Virus record (IMG/VR): IMGVR_UViG_3300023179_005195
Location: 53,211-73,210 of that record
Source: an uncultured virus (IMG/VR IMGVR_UViG_3300023179_005195)
Taxonomy: Duplodnaviria; Heunggongvirae; Uroviricota; Caudoviricetes
Length of the DNA stretch: 20,000 nt
Reading direction: 5' to 3' (one strand)
This document shows positions 8,372-16,236 of the stretch, one piece after another (position 1 is the first letter of the stretch; every line of letters begins with the position of its first letter). Both the position numbers and the translations under genes were made by a program. The notes beneath the pieces are model-generated. The model ran no database searches and had not been told where the DNA came from. It saw only the letters and a list, made by a program, of their open reading frames with translations.

Positions 8372-9088
8372 TTATAACCTTTCTAACTTTTCTTTTTTAT
8401 CATTTATTATATGCGAAATTTGTTCACCGAGACAATCTTCGTTGTTTACTACGGTCAAAACAGTTGAACCTCTTTTTAAAGAATTAGTATTTCCTAGTTC
8501 AATGGTATAATCTGCGGTAGTTGTTTCTATTTCTATAATGAGAGATCTAATCTTGCTCTTGATAATGTTGACCTGGCTGATTGAATCTATAACGTAATGT
8601 CCAAACTGTTCTACATATAAATCAGAATTATTATTTTTCAAATAATTATCTATAGAAACAATATGGTACATCCATTCTTGAGCTGAATGCTGTTCTACAG
8701 CCCAATTGTATTTTATTCCACAGATTGTTTCTTGTTGTTCTAAAAAGTCTGTAAATATTTCACTAAATCTGTATTGACTTAAAAAAAATACCGGAATATC
8801 TCCAACTAATTCTTTAGCCTTACGCCTTTCGTTGGCGGAAGCAAATCCTTTTTCTATATAAATTTCTTTAGGTAAATGTGGTAGGCAATCTTTTAAATCA
8901 TTTAAATGATTTTCAGTTTTAGAAAGGATAAACAAAGGATATCCCTGAGTAAATTTGGGATATTGAGATCTTGAAAATAACGCTAATCTGTCATCAGATC
9001 CGATATGAACTGGTAAAAGTCCATGGTTCTTAATCTTATTTCCTAATAGCCTGGCCCATTTGCCAGTGCCGTATACTACTGCATACAG
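8372..9088 (-). CDS. Gfo/Idh/MocA-like NAD(P)-dependent oxidoreductase, apparent CTG start
   Basis: Frame is open upstream of the ORF-track start (8935) to a CTG at 9088 preceded by AAGGAG. The extension adds the Rossmann motif AVVYGTGKWA, and the body has IYIEKG (EKP-like). Confidence 0.65.
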   Translation of the reverse strand: MYAVVYGTGKWARLLGNKIKNHGLLPVHIGSDDRLALFSRSQYPKFTQGYPLFILSKTENHLNDLKDCLPHLPKEIYIEKGFASANERRKAKELVGDIPVFFLSQYRFSEIFTDFLEQQETICGIKYNWAVEQHSAQEWMYHIVSIDNYLKNNNSDLYVEQFGHYVIDSISQVNIIKSKIRSLIIEIETTTADYTIELGNTNSLKRGSTVLTVVNNEDCLGEQISHIINDKKEKLERL

Positions 9089-10218
9089 ACAATTTCTCCT
9101 TTGTGTCCACGAGACATTAACTTATTCTTAATTTCTTCAAAGAAATTCCAAGCAGTAACAACTACAAGACAATCTTTATTCATTTTTTCAGGACTTTCTA
9201 TTACTATGTTTGTTCCTGGGAAATAAAATCCTTGTTTTAGTTCATTGTCATCGTACACCCCAAACAATGAATTTGAAACTAAATCTAACATGTATAAACT
9301 TGTTACAGCTTTAGCCGCTGCACCGTAGGCTACAAAAGGTCTTCCTAAAATAATAGAGTTCATGTTATTCTTACGTTGAACTATATAATTTTCTACCTTC
9401 GTACGTTGTATATCTATGTTTACAGGTTCAAATGTTGTAATAGATGGTTTATCTACTTTTCTAGCAATTAATCTAAAACTTAAACCATGTGAGTTTATAA
9501 GCTCAAATTCTTCAACAGTCAGGCCATGTTTTGCTAATAATGTGCCAAATGAATGGGGGCTATAATAGTCAATATGCTCATGATAAACATTATCTAAATG
9601 TGTTCCTTGTAATATAGCATCACGATGGCCGCATTCGACCATTAGAACTCCGCCATCCTTTAACGATCGTGATATGCCCTTTATTACATCGTCTGTATCT
9701 GGAATATGCGCCAATACATTATTAGCACAAACTAAATCAAATTTAGCAGTCCATTCACGTTTATTGACCAGTGCAGTGGTAAAAAACCCGTTTACCAATG
9801 GCATGTTATTTTCTACGTATTCATTTACAAGATATGCACTCGGCTCAACTCCTTGGACCTGGCATCCTTTTTCTTTAAATTGGAGTAACAAGAATCCATC
9901 ATTGCTGCCGATTTCTAAAACTTTACTATTATTAGAAAGATTGAATTTTTCAAAAGCATAATTTGCCAAAGCGGTAAAATGATTTCTAAATGATTTAGAA
10001 ACCGCAGATTTATATCTGTAACTGGCAAAAACCTTGTCTGGATCAGGTGCTGCTGCCAATTGCAAATGACCACACTGTTCACAGTAGTTTAAATCTAAAG
10101 GATACTTTGTGAAATTCGGTATCTCAAACAATGCATTAGCTACAGGACTAGATGGCAATGATAACCAGGGATTAATATTATTATTGCCGCAACATCTACA
10201 AGATTGGTACTTAAACAT
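9076..10218 (-). CDS. NDP-hexose C-methyltransferase (3-C-methyltransferase family)
   Basis: Zn ligands CRCC and CEQCGHLQL, VLEIGSNDG, ANNVLAHIPD, VYHEHIDY, HGLSFR, AYGAAAKA, DDNELKQG, AWNFFEEI. Likely start MFKYQ at 10218. Confidence 0.9.
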   Translation of the reverse strand: MFKYQSCRCCGNNNINPWLSLPSSPVANALFEIPNFTKYPLDLNYCEQCGHLQLAAAPDPDKVFASYRYKSAVSKSFRNHFTALANYAFEKFNLSNNSKVLEIGSNDGFLLLQFKEKGCQVQGVEPSAYLVNEYVENNMPLVNGFFTTALVNKREWTAKFDLVCANNVLAHIPDTDDVIKGISRSLKDGGVLMVECGHRDAILQGTHLDNVYHEHIDYYSPHSFGTLLAKHGLTVEEFELINSHGLSFRLIARKVDKPSITTFEPVNIDIQRTKVENYIVQRKNNMNSIILGRPFVAYGAAAKAVTSLYMLDLVSNSLFGVYDDNELKQGFYFPGTNIVIESPEKMNKDCLVVVTAWNFFEEIKNKLMSRGHKGEIVCMQ

Positions 10219-10597
10219 ATTGCTCATGTAACGGACGAATTCTTACAATGTCTTCATCATAACTTACAGCATCACGCTTATGTTCACTAATAACAACCAT
10301 TACAGATGGACTTGTAAATACCATTTCATGGTCGATTAATGGTCCAGTTTTAAACAACTCCCCTGCAACTATACGTTCTTTATGAATTTTTGTTTCACCG
10401 TGGTCACGCCAATAATAATCCATATCTCCGCTGACTAAGAAACAAACATGAGTGTCTGTTTTATGATAATGGTTGGCCCTAATGGCACCTGTTTCAGACC
10501 AAATCATTTGTACATTGGCCATGTCATGTACTATAGGTAAAATTTTTCCTCTAGCATCGGTATATCCGAGTTCTAGTGGTAATTTATGAGTTGGCAT
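10211..10597 (-). CDS. Cupin-fold protein (sugar 3,4-ketoisomerase / RmlC-like)
   Basis: DARG, IRANHYHK...H and distal DHEM cupin motifs; adjacent to NDP-sugar enzymes. Confidence 0.7.
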   Translation of the reverse strand: MPTHKLPLELGYTDARGKILPIVHDMANVQMIWSETGAIRANHYHKTDTHVCFLVSGDMDYYWRDHGETKIHKERIVAGELFKTGPLIDHEMVFTSPSVMVVISEHKRDAVSYDEDIVRIRPLHEQYV

Positions 10598-10637
10598 TTT
10601 TTATCCTTGTTAATTAAGTATGTATTTAATAAACTTC

Positions 10638-10982
10638 TTAAAAGCCTCTATTTCTTTTGACGTTCCATGCTATAGCAGTTTCTAATCCAGAAGGTTTAGT
10701 ATCGTTAATTACAATTCTTTCACCAACAGGCAAATCAAAGATAATCTTATCGTATCTTAGATTAAATTTCTTGAGTGCTTGTTTTGTTTGTTCTGCAGAA
10801 AAAGCGTTTCTGGCAGTGGTAAGAATGATACAGTCATCTTGTGGTATGGCGTTCCAAAGTTCTTGTACACCTGGAAGCAGGGTATCCTCACCATCTTCCC
10901 AGAGACCTTCATGTTTGAATATGGTTCCGTCTATGTCAATAAACCATGTATGTTGTAGTGTCGAAAGTTCAAATGGTATCAT
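10638..10982 (-). CDS. Small HAD-superfamily phosphatase-like protein
   Basis: Motif I FIDIDGT, motif II LTTAR and RIVIND. Confidence 0.7.
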   Translation of the reverse strand: MIPFELSTLQHTWFIDIDGTIFKHEGLWEDGEDTLLPGVQELWNAIPQDDCIILTTARNAFSAEQTKQALKKFNLRYDKIIFDLPVGERIVINDTKPSGLETAIAWNVKRNRGF

Positions 10983-10997
10983 ATGATAAAAAGAATT

Positions 10998-11076
<79 letters not shown>

Positions 11077-11084
11077 TGTAAAAC

Positions 11085-11174
11085 TGGTGCCTAGGGCCGG
11101 ACTCGAACCGGCATGCCCCTTTCGGAAGCGAGGGATTTTAAGTCCCTTGTGTCTACCTATTTCACCACCCAGGC
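11085..11174 (-). tRNA. tRNA-Leu (anticodon UAA)
   Basis: GCCTGGG / CCTAGGC-A-CCA acceptor, AGGGA-CTTAAAA-TCCCT anticodon arm, long variable arm, GCCGG-TTCGAGT-CCGGC T arm. Confidence 0.95.
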
Positions 11175-11198
11175 AATTAACTTTTTTTAATCTCGCTT

Positions 11199-11293
11199 TG
11201 GTAGTAGACTAGGGAATCGAACCCTACCGTTCCAGCCCATCTGACCAGTCTCCAGAGTTTATAAGTCTCCGCCGCACACCAGTGCTGTCTACT
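11199..11293 (-). tRNA. Atypical tRNA-like RNA, anticodon UAU, long extra arm, tetraloop D arm
   Basis: AGTAGAC/GTCTACT-A-CCA acceptor; TAGGG-TTCGATT-CCCTA T arm; GCAC-TGGT-GTGC D arm; CGGAGA-CTTATAA-ACTCTG anticodon arm; 26-nt variable region; 95 nt in total. Confidence 0.8.
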
Positions 11294-11301
11294 ATAAACT
11301 T

Positions 11302-11330
11302 ATTATATTAGTTTGTTGCTAGTATGTCAA
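11302..11330 (-). promoter_or_regulatory. Perfect consensus sigma70 promoter for the tRNA cluster
   Basis: TTGACA-TACTAGCAACAAACTAA(17)-TATAAT; the -10 box ends 8 nt before the first tRNA. Confidence 0.9.
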
Positions 11331-11339
11331 TCTATTTTT

Positions 11340-12116
11340 TTAATATTTTGAATTATATAGGCTCTTTTTATTACCTGTAAGTATAACAATTAAATAAATT
11401 ACATATCCGCTAATATCTATTTCCCACCATTTTCTTTGAAAACTGTAATGCCAGGGTTCTGCATGATGATTATTATGCCATCCTTCACCCCAAGTAATTG
11501 CACTTACCCACCAGGTATTTTTACTTCCTTCGCCTGTTTCGTAATTTTGGTATCCAAACATATGGTTAGCGTAATTGCTTATATTACTTGCCCAAATTTG
11601 AAAACAAACAGGAACAATAAAGGCAAACAAAAAAAGTTTGTAATTAATAGCCAATAATAAGAATGCCCAAATTAAAAGTATTAGATTATAATACTGATGC
11701 AGTATAATATGAAATTTATCTCTAAGTAATAATTTAGCATCTAGAGGATTAAATTTATAATTATAATTTGTGAGCAACAATTTGGGCCCGAGTAAATGTG
11801 GGCTATGCGGATCCTTATCTTTGTCGCTAAATTTGTGATGAACATTATGCACGGCTAACCAACCTATAGTTGATCCTGTTCCTCCAAGAGCACCAAACAT
11901 ACTAAAAAGATATTCAAAAACTTTAGGCATTTTGAATGCCTTATGAGAAAGATAACGATGGTAAGTTATTGTAATACCTAAGCAACCTGTTAAAAAATAA
12001 ACAAAAAAAGATAAAAGCCACCAATAAAGATTAAATTGTAATGTCATAAGGTACAATGTAATCACAGTACTGATTAATTGTAATATTTTAATGCTCGAAA
12101 CGTTTGAATATAACAT
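11340..12116 (-). CDS. Membrane fatty acid desaturase (Delta-9 / OLE1-DesC-like) #1
   Basis: His boxes HRYLSH, HNVHH and GEGWHNNHH; DKDPHSP; WWEIDISG; transmembrane segments. Confidence 0.92.
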   Translation of the reverse strand: MLYSNVSSIKILQLISTVITLYLMTLQFNLYWWLLSFFVYFLTGCLGITITYHRYLSHKAFKMPKVFEYLFSMFGALGGTGSTIGWLAVHNVHHKFSDKDKDPHSPHLLGPKLLLTNYNYKFNPLDAKLLLRDKFHIILHQYYNLILLIWAFLLLAINYKLFLFAFIVPVCFQIWASNISNYANHMFGYQNYETGEGSKNTWWVSAITWGEGWHNNHHAEPWHYSFQRKWWEIDISGYVIYLIVILTGNKKSLYNSKY

Positions 12117-12124
12117 AGTCTATC

Positions 12125-12152
12125 AATAAATATATAATAAATTTTATTTATA
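12125..12152. promoter_or_regulatory. Putative paired T4-like late promoters in the divergent intergenic gap
   Basis: Exact TATAAATA on the minus strand (12145-12152, towards desaturase #1) and AATAAATA on the plus strand (12125-12132, towards 12163). Confidence 0.5.
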
Positions 12153-12162
12153 AGGACAAAAT

Positions 12163-12543
12163 ATGAGCTTTTGGGTTTATAAAACATTTACAATAATTCA
12201 TGATACTAACCTTTTAAGTGAGGATGCTCAACTTACACTTTTTAATTTAACACCATACGTTTTTAAACCAGGTAATGTACCTCTTTATCAAGAAATAGTT
12301 AAAGAATATGTAAATGATGGTCGACAAATAGGATTCAAACGTTGGTTAAATGGAAATATTCTTATTTCAGAACGAATATATGATACTCAAGAAACCGCAT
12401 TAGAATGTAAAAATAGACTAGATGTTCTTTACAATGAAAATACTATTTTTCATAATGAACAGGGGTATTCAAATAAATTTACTTTTACTTTCGAAATTGT
12501 TGAAATTTCCGAACAGGATTTCATAAACAATTATGCACGTTAA
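12163..12543 (+). CDS. Hypothetical protein (126 aa), first gene of the desaturase operon
   Basis: SD AAGGA before the ATG; overlaps the next gene; no recognisable motif. Confidence 0.75.
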   Translation: MSFWVYKTFTIIHDTNLLSEDAQLTLFNLTPYVFKPGNVPLYQEIVKEYVNDGRQIGFKRWLNGNILISERIYDTQETALECKNRLDVLYNENTIFHNEQGYSNKFTFTFEIVEISEQDFINNYAR

Positions 12544-13312
12544 TACTCTTACTAAAATTCGTTCATTACTATTAACCACCCACATACTTTTTATTTCAAG
12601 TTTTTTTATCGTTAATGTTGAATGGTATTATTTCCTTTTCACATTTTTATCATATATTTTAATAGGAAAAATCGGAGGTGAAATAGGATTTCACAGATTA
12701 TTTGCCCACCGTAGTTTTAAAACTACAAAGACCAAGGAACGAATCCTACTAATTTTAGGTAGTTTAAATTTTGTAGGAAGTAGTTTATCTTGGTGTGGAG
12801 TTCACAGAATTCATCATAAAACAGCAGATACTGATAAGGATCCTCACAGTCCATATTTTAATAAACTTTGGAAAGTTTGGTTAGTCGTTTGGAAACCTTT
12901 TATTGTAAGTCCAAAAAACATTTCCGATTTGATTAAAGATAAATGGCATCTCTTTATTCACAAAAATTATTTTATATTAAGTTATACAACAATTGTTTTG
13001 TTGGCATTAATTAATTATAAGTTTTTAATTTTTGTGATTATTATTCCATCTGTGATACAATTTCATGTTGGTGCTTATCTGATAGATATAGTTTGTCACA
13101 AATACGGATATAGGAATTATGACATTCTAGACCGAAGTAGAAATAATCTGTTAGTTAATATTGTTACAGGAGGTAGTGGTCTACATAATAATCATCATGC
13201 CCAACCAGGTAATCCATACTTTAATCATAAACCAGGAGAATTTGATTTACCTGGATTAGTAATTAAATACCTTTTAATAAAAAATGAAGTTGAAAACAAT
13301 AAACAATCTTAG
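12533..13312 (+). CDS. Membrane fatty acid desaturase #2
   Basis: HRLFAH, HRIHH, DKDPHSP and GSGLHNNHH; transmembrane segments. Confidence 0.9.
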   Translation: MHVNTLTKIRSLLLTTHILFISSFFIVNVEWYYFLFTFLSYILIGKIGGEIGFHRLFAHRSFKTTKTKERILLILGSLNFVGSSLSWCGVHRIHHKTADTDKDPHSPYFNKLWKVWLVVWKPFIVSPKNISDLIKDKWHLFIHKNYFILSYTTIVLLALINYKFLIFVIIIPSVIQFHVGAYLIDIVCHKYGYRNYDILDRSRNNLLVNIVTGGSGLHNNHHAQPGNPYFNHKPGEFDLPGLVIKYLLIKNEVENNKQS

Positions 13313-14075
13313 ATTTATTCCGTTTATGGAATTAGGCATTCAATTTGATATTAATAGTATAAAATCTGAAGTTTTAAAAAATAGAACTTGGCATAATTAT
13401 CATCCGCCATATTTTCAATTGACACCATTCCTTGAGGAAATTCACAAATCGTATAAACAATGTGCTCTTACAACAATTTATAAGTCAGGAAATTCTTCTA
13501 TTGTAAGGGAACACTTTGCTAGATGGAAAAATAAAGATAATAACGAGTTAGAAGATTTTTACGAATGGCCCGTTGAAGATCAAAGATGGTATCCTACAGA
13601 AGTAACCAAAAATTTTCCATTATTAATGGATTTGGTTCTTAGTATAACAGATAAACCTTTATTGGTCAAAATTGTAAAATCTGGGCCAGGACACGCTCTA
13701 GGTTGGCATAGTCATCAAAATGACGAATTAATAAAAAAATATAATAAACCCGAACAGTGTATAATTCATATACCAATTATTGCTGATAAAAATGTAGCGC
13801 ATATTGTTTCTAAAGAGGTCCATAGCGATAGATATTTTTTTGAAGAATTATCGTATTATAAAAATAATTCGAAATATTTTGTTGCTAATTTTACATGCGG
13901 TAAAATTTGGTACTTAAACGGTTATCATCAACATGCTTATAAAAATTATAGTGATAAAGAACGAATTGATATTTTAATTTATAATGACGTAAGAGATAAT
14001 TCTACTTTAGAAAAGGTAATAAAAAAGCTATCCTGGCATACCAAGGTCCTATTATTCCATGTTAAAATTTTATAA
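13284..14075 (+). CDS. Asp/Asn beta-hydroxylase-like Fe(II)-dependent oxygenase (DSBH fold)
   Basis: LGWHSH, IIHIPI, GKIWYLNGYHQHAYKN and ERIDIL resemble the AspH/LpxO-type jelly-roll pattern. The C-terminus is uncertain (see frameshift finding). Confidence 0.65.
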   Translation: MKLKTINNLRFIPFMELGIQFDINSIKSEVLKNRTWHNYHPPYFQLTPFLEEIHKSYKQCALTTIYKSGNSSIVREHFARWKNKDNNELEDFYEWPVEDQRWYPTEVTKNFPLLMDLVLSITDKPLLVKIVKSGPGHALGWHSHQNDELIKKYNKPEQCIIHIPIIADKNVAHIVSKEVHSDRYFFEELSYYKNNSKYFVANFTCGKIWYLNGYHQHAYKNYSDKERIDILIYNDVRDNSTLEKVIKKLSWHTKVLLFHVKIL

Positions 14076-14823
14076 ACCAAATATGGATATACAATTTAAG
14101 ATACTAATTGTTTTCCATCACCTTATAATAATTTTATTATTTTATATAGATTGGAATTATAAAGATTTATTATTAACTATACTAGGTTGGATCTTATTTG
14201 GAAAGATTGGAGGCGAAATAGGTTATCATAGATTATGTGCCCATAGAAGTTTTAATACTCAAAGATGGAAAGAAATAATTTTGATATTATTAGGATCATT
14301 AAATTTTCTAGGAAGTAGTTATGGATGGGTAGGAACACATAGAATACATCATAGATATTCAGATACAAGAAAAGATCCTCAAAGTCCACTCTATAATAAA
14401 TGGTATGATGTTTGGTTGGTAAATTGGCCTATGGTTAAATTTTCTCCTAAAATAATTTCAGACCTGGCCAAGGATCCATTTCATAATTTCTTACATAGAC
14501 ACTATTTAGAATTTGTTATAATTGTATATAGCATCACCGCTTTAATTGATTTAAAGTTGGCTATATTTTTGTTTAGTTTAAGTGCGGTATGGACTTTTCA
14601 TACTAGTAGTTTATTGATAGACATTGTATGCCATAAATGGGGATACAGGAATTTTGATACAAACGATAATAGTAAGAATAATACTTTAGTAAATATCTTA
14701 ATGCTTGGAAGTGGACTGCATAATAATCATCATGCCAATAGCCAAAGTCCTTACTATGCAGTTAAAAAATTTGAATGGGACTTACCAGGTCTTTTTATAA
14801 AGTATTGTTTGCAAAAAAAATGA
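14059..14823 (+). CDS. Membrane fatty acid desaturase #3
   Basis: HRLCAH, HRIHH, KDPQSP and GSGLHNNHH; closely related to desaturase #2. Confidence 0.9.
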   Translation: MLKFYKPNMDIQFKILIVFHHLIIILLFYIDWNYKDLLLTILGWILFGKIGGEIGYHRLCAHRSFNTQRWKEIILILLGSLNFLGSSYGWVGTHRIHHRYSDTRKDPQSPLYNKWYDVWLVNWPMVKFSPKIISDLAKDPFHNFLHRHYLEFVIIVYSITALIDLKLAIFLFSLSAVWTFHTSSLLIDIVCHKWGYRNFDTNDNSKNNTLVNILMLGSGLHNNHHANSQSPYYAVKKFEWDLPGLFIKYCLQKK

Positions 14824-15410
14824 AAACATTCTCTATTTTAGATTTACCAGAATTGCCAAAAGATATAATCGATATCATCGAAGATTCTAAAACAGGATCT
14901 CTCAAACAAAAGCTATCTCAACAAAAAATAAAGCAACTTGATAATACAGAAGTAGATGATGCAATTTATTCTAGATGGCCGCTAACTGATAGGTATACAC
15001 AATTTATAAATAATTTAATTCCTGAATTAGAAGGATTAACTTTAACTATAGGTTTTCAAAGTATAAAAGCAAATGGCAATAATATCTGCCAGTTACATCC
15101 TCATACAGACGGAAAAACCCGTGGTCCATTTTGTATTAGTTTTTTGCTAACCTCCGGTGGAACAAACGTTGAAACTATTTGGTGGCAGGAAAATGGTAAA
15201 GAACTAATTAGGGATCCATGGTCTCATTGTTTTGACCTAAATGTATTAAGTAAGGTAAATTCTACAATTTTTCCAAGCCACCGATGGAATATTATGCGTA
15301 CAGATTTGATACATAGTGTACATAATATTAATAACGATAGAAGAGCATTTACGATTGGGTTCTTCGACGAAAGCATTTTTAATATAATTATAAGCAAATA
15401 CGGTGTATGA
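14820..15410 (+). CDS. Putative Fe(II)/2OG-dependent oxygenase
   Basis: HxD (LHPHTD), distal His (LIHSVHN) and Arg (RRAFTIG). Likely start MKTFS at 14820 with an ATGA overlap. Confidence 0.6.
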   Translation: MKTFSILDLPELPKDIIDIIEDSKTGSLKQKLSQQKIKQLDNTEVDDAIYSRWPLTDRYTQFINNLIPELEGLTLTIGFQSIKANGNNICQLHPHTDGKTRGPFCISFLLTSGGTNVETIWWQENGKELIRDPWSHCFDLNVLSKVNSTIFPSHRWNIMRTDLIHSVHNINNDRRAFTIGFFDESIFNIIISKYGV

Positions 15411-16222
15411 ACATATACAAATTAAGAACCATTTGGGCATTAGGTTTGCTTTCTTGGGGGTTTAGTTTAATATATCCATTCTTTAGTGGTGAATGGTTGT
15501 GGACTATTTTAGCATTTTTGATTAGTAAAATTGTAGTGATTCCTGCTAATCATATAGCTATGCATAGATATTTCGCTCATAGATCATTTGTTACCACTAA
15601 AAAGAAACATGTTTTTTTAACTTGGGCAAGTGTGTTGATTGGTGCAGGAAGTCCTATATTATATGCTACTAGTCATAGACATCACCATAGATATAGTGAT
15701 GAAGATCTTGATATTCATAGTCCAAAAAATAGTATAAAAGAAAGCTTAGGATTATGGGAAATTAAACCTTTTGAATGGTTTAATAAAATTAAACAGGTAA
15801 GAATATTACCTAAGGATTTAATACGAGACCCTACAATTAAATTTGTACATCATAATTATTTTAAGATATGGGCTTGTCTGATTATATTTTCATTAGTGTT
15901 AGGACTAATAGATTGGCATATTCCTATTTTTATATTATTTGCTCCTTTGGGTTGGTATATATTCGGAAGCGGTGTGTTTGTCACCACTTTAAGCCATGTA
16001 CCAACAAGTATTTCATATAGAAATTTTGAAACTTCTGACAAAAGTCAAAATAATAAATGGATACATTGGTATACTCTAGGTGAAGGATTACATAATAATC
16101 ATCATGCTTATCCAAGCGAATATAATCAGGCTATGAAAAAAGGGGAGTTTGATTTTTCCGGTTGGTTAGTTAAGAAATATTTTATAATTGATAGAAATGA
16201 TCCTAGAGCTTATACAGTTTAA
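15407..16222 (+). CDS. Membrane fatty acid desaturase #4
   Basis: HRYFAH, HRHHH, DLDIHSP, GEGLHNNHH and GEFDFSG. Confidence 0.9.
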   Translation: MNIYKLRTIWALGLLSWGFSLIYPFFSGEWLWTILAFLISKIVVIPANHIAMHRYFAHRSFVTTKKKHVFLTWASVLIGAGSPILYATSHRHHHRYSDEDLDIHSPKNSIKESLGLWEIKPFEWFNKIKQVRILPKDLIRDPTIKFVHHNYFKIWACLIIFSLVLGLIDWHIPIFILFAPLGWYIFGSGVFVTTLSHVPTSISYRNFETSDKSQNNKWIHWYTLGEGLHNNHHAYPSEYNQAMKKGEFDFSGWLVKKYFIIDRNDPRAYTV

Positions 16223-16236
16223 TATTTCAAGACTAA

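Noticed and set aside
8936..9075. Non-coding gap or frameshifted pseudogene between the methyltransferase and ORF 8372..8935
   Set aside because: On re-reading, the frame is continuous (AAT AAG ATT AAG AAC CAT GGA) with no stop, so it is the gene's N-terminus.
11199..11293. Assignment of the atypical tRNA as tRNA-Sec or a stop suppressor
   Set aside because: With U33 placed normally the loop CTTATAA gives UAU, not UCA, UUA or CUA. The acceptor/T fold is 7/5 and the discriminator is A.
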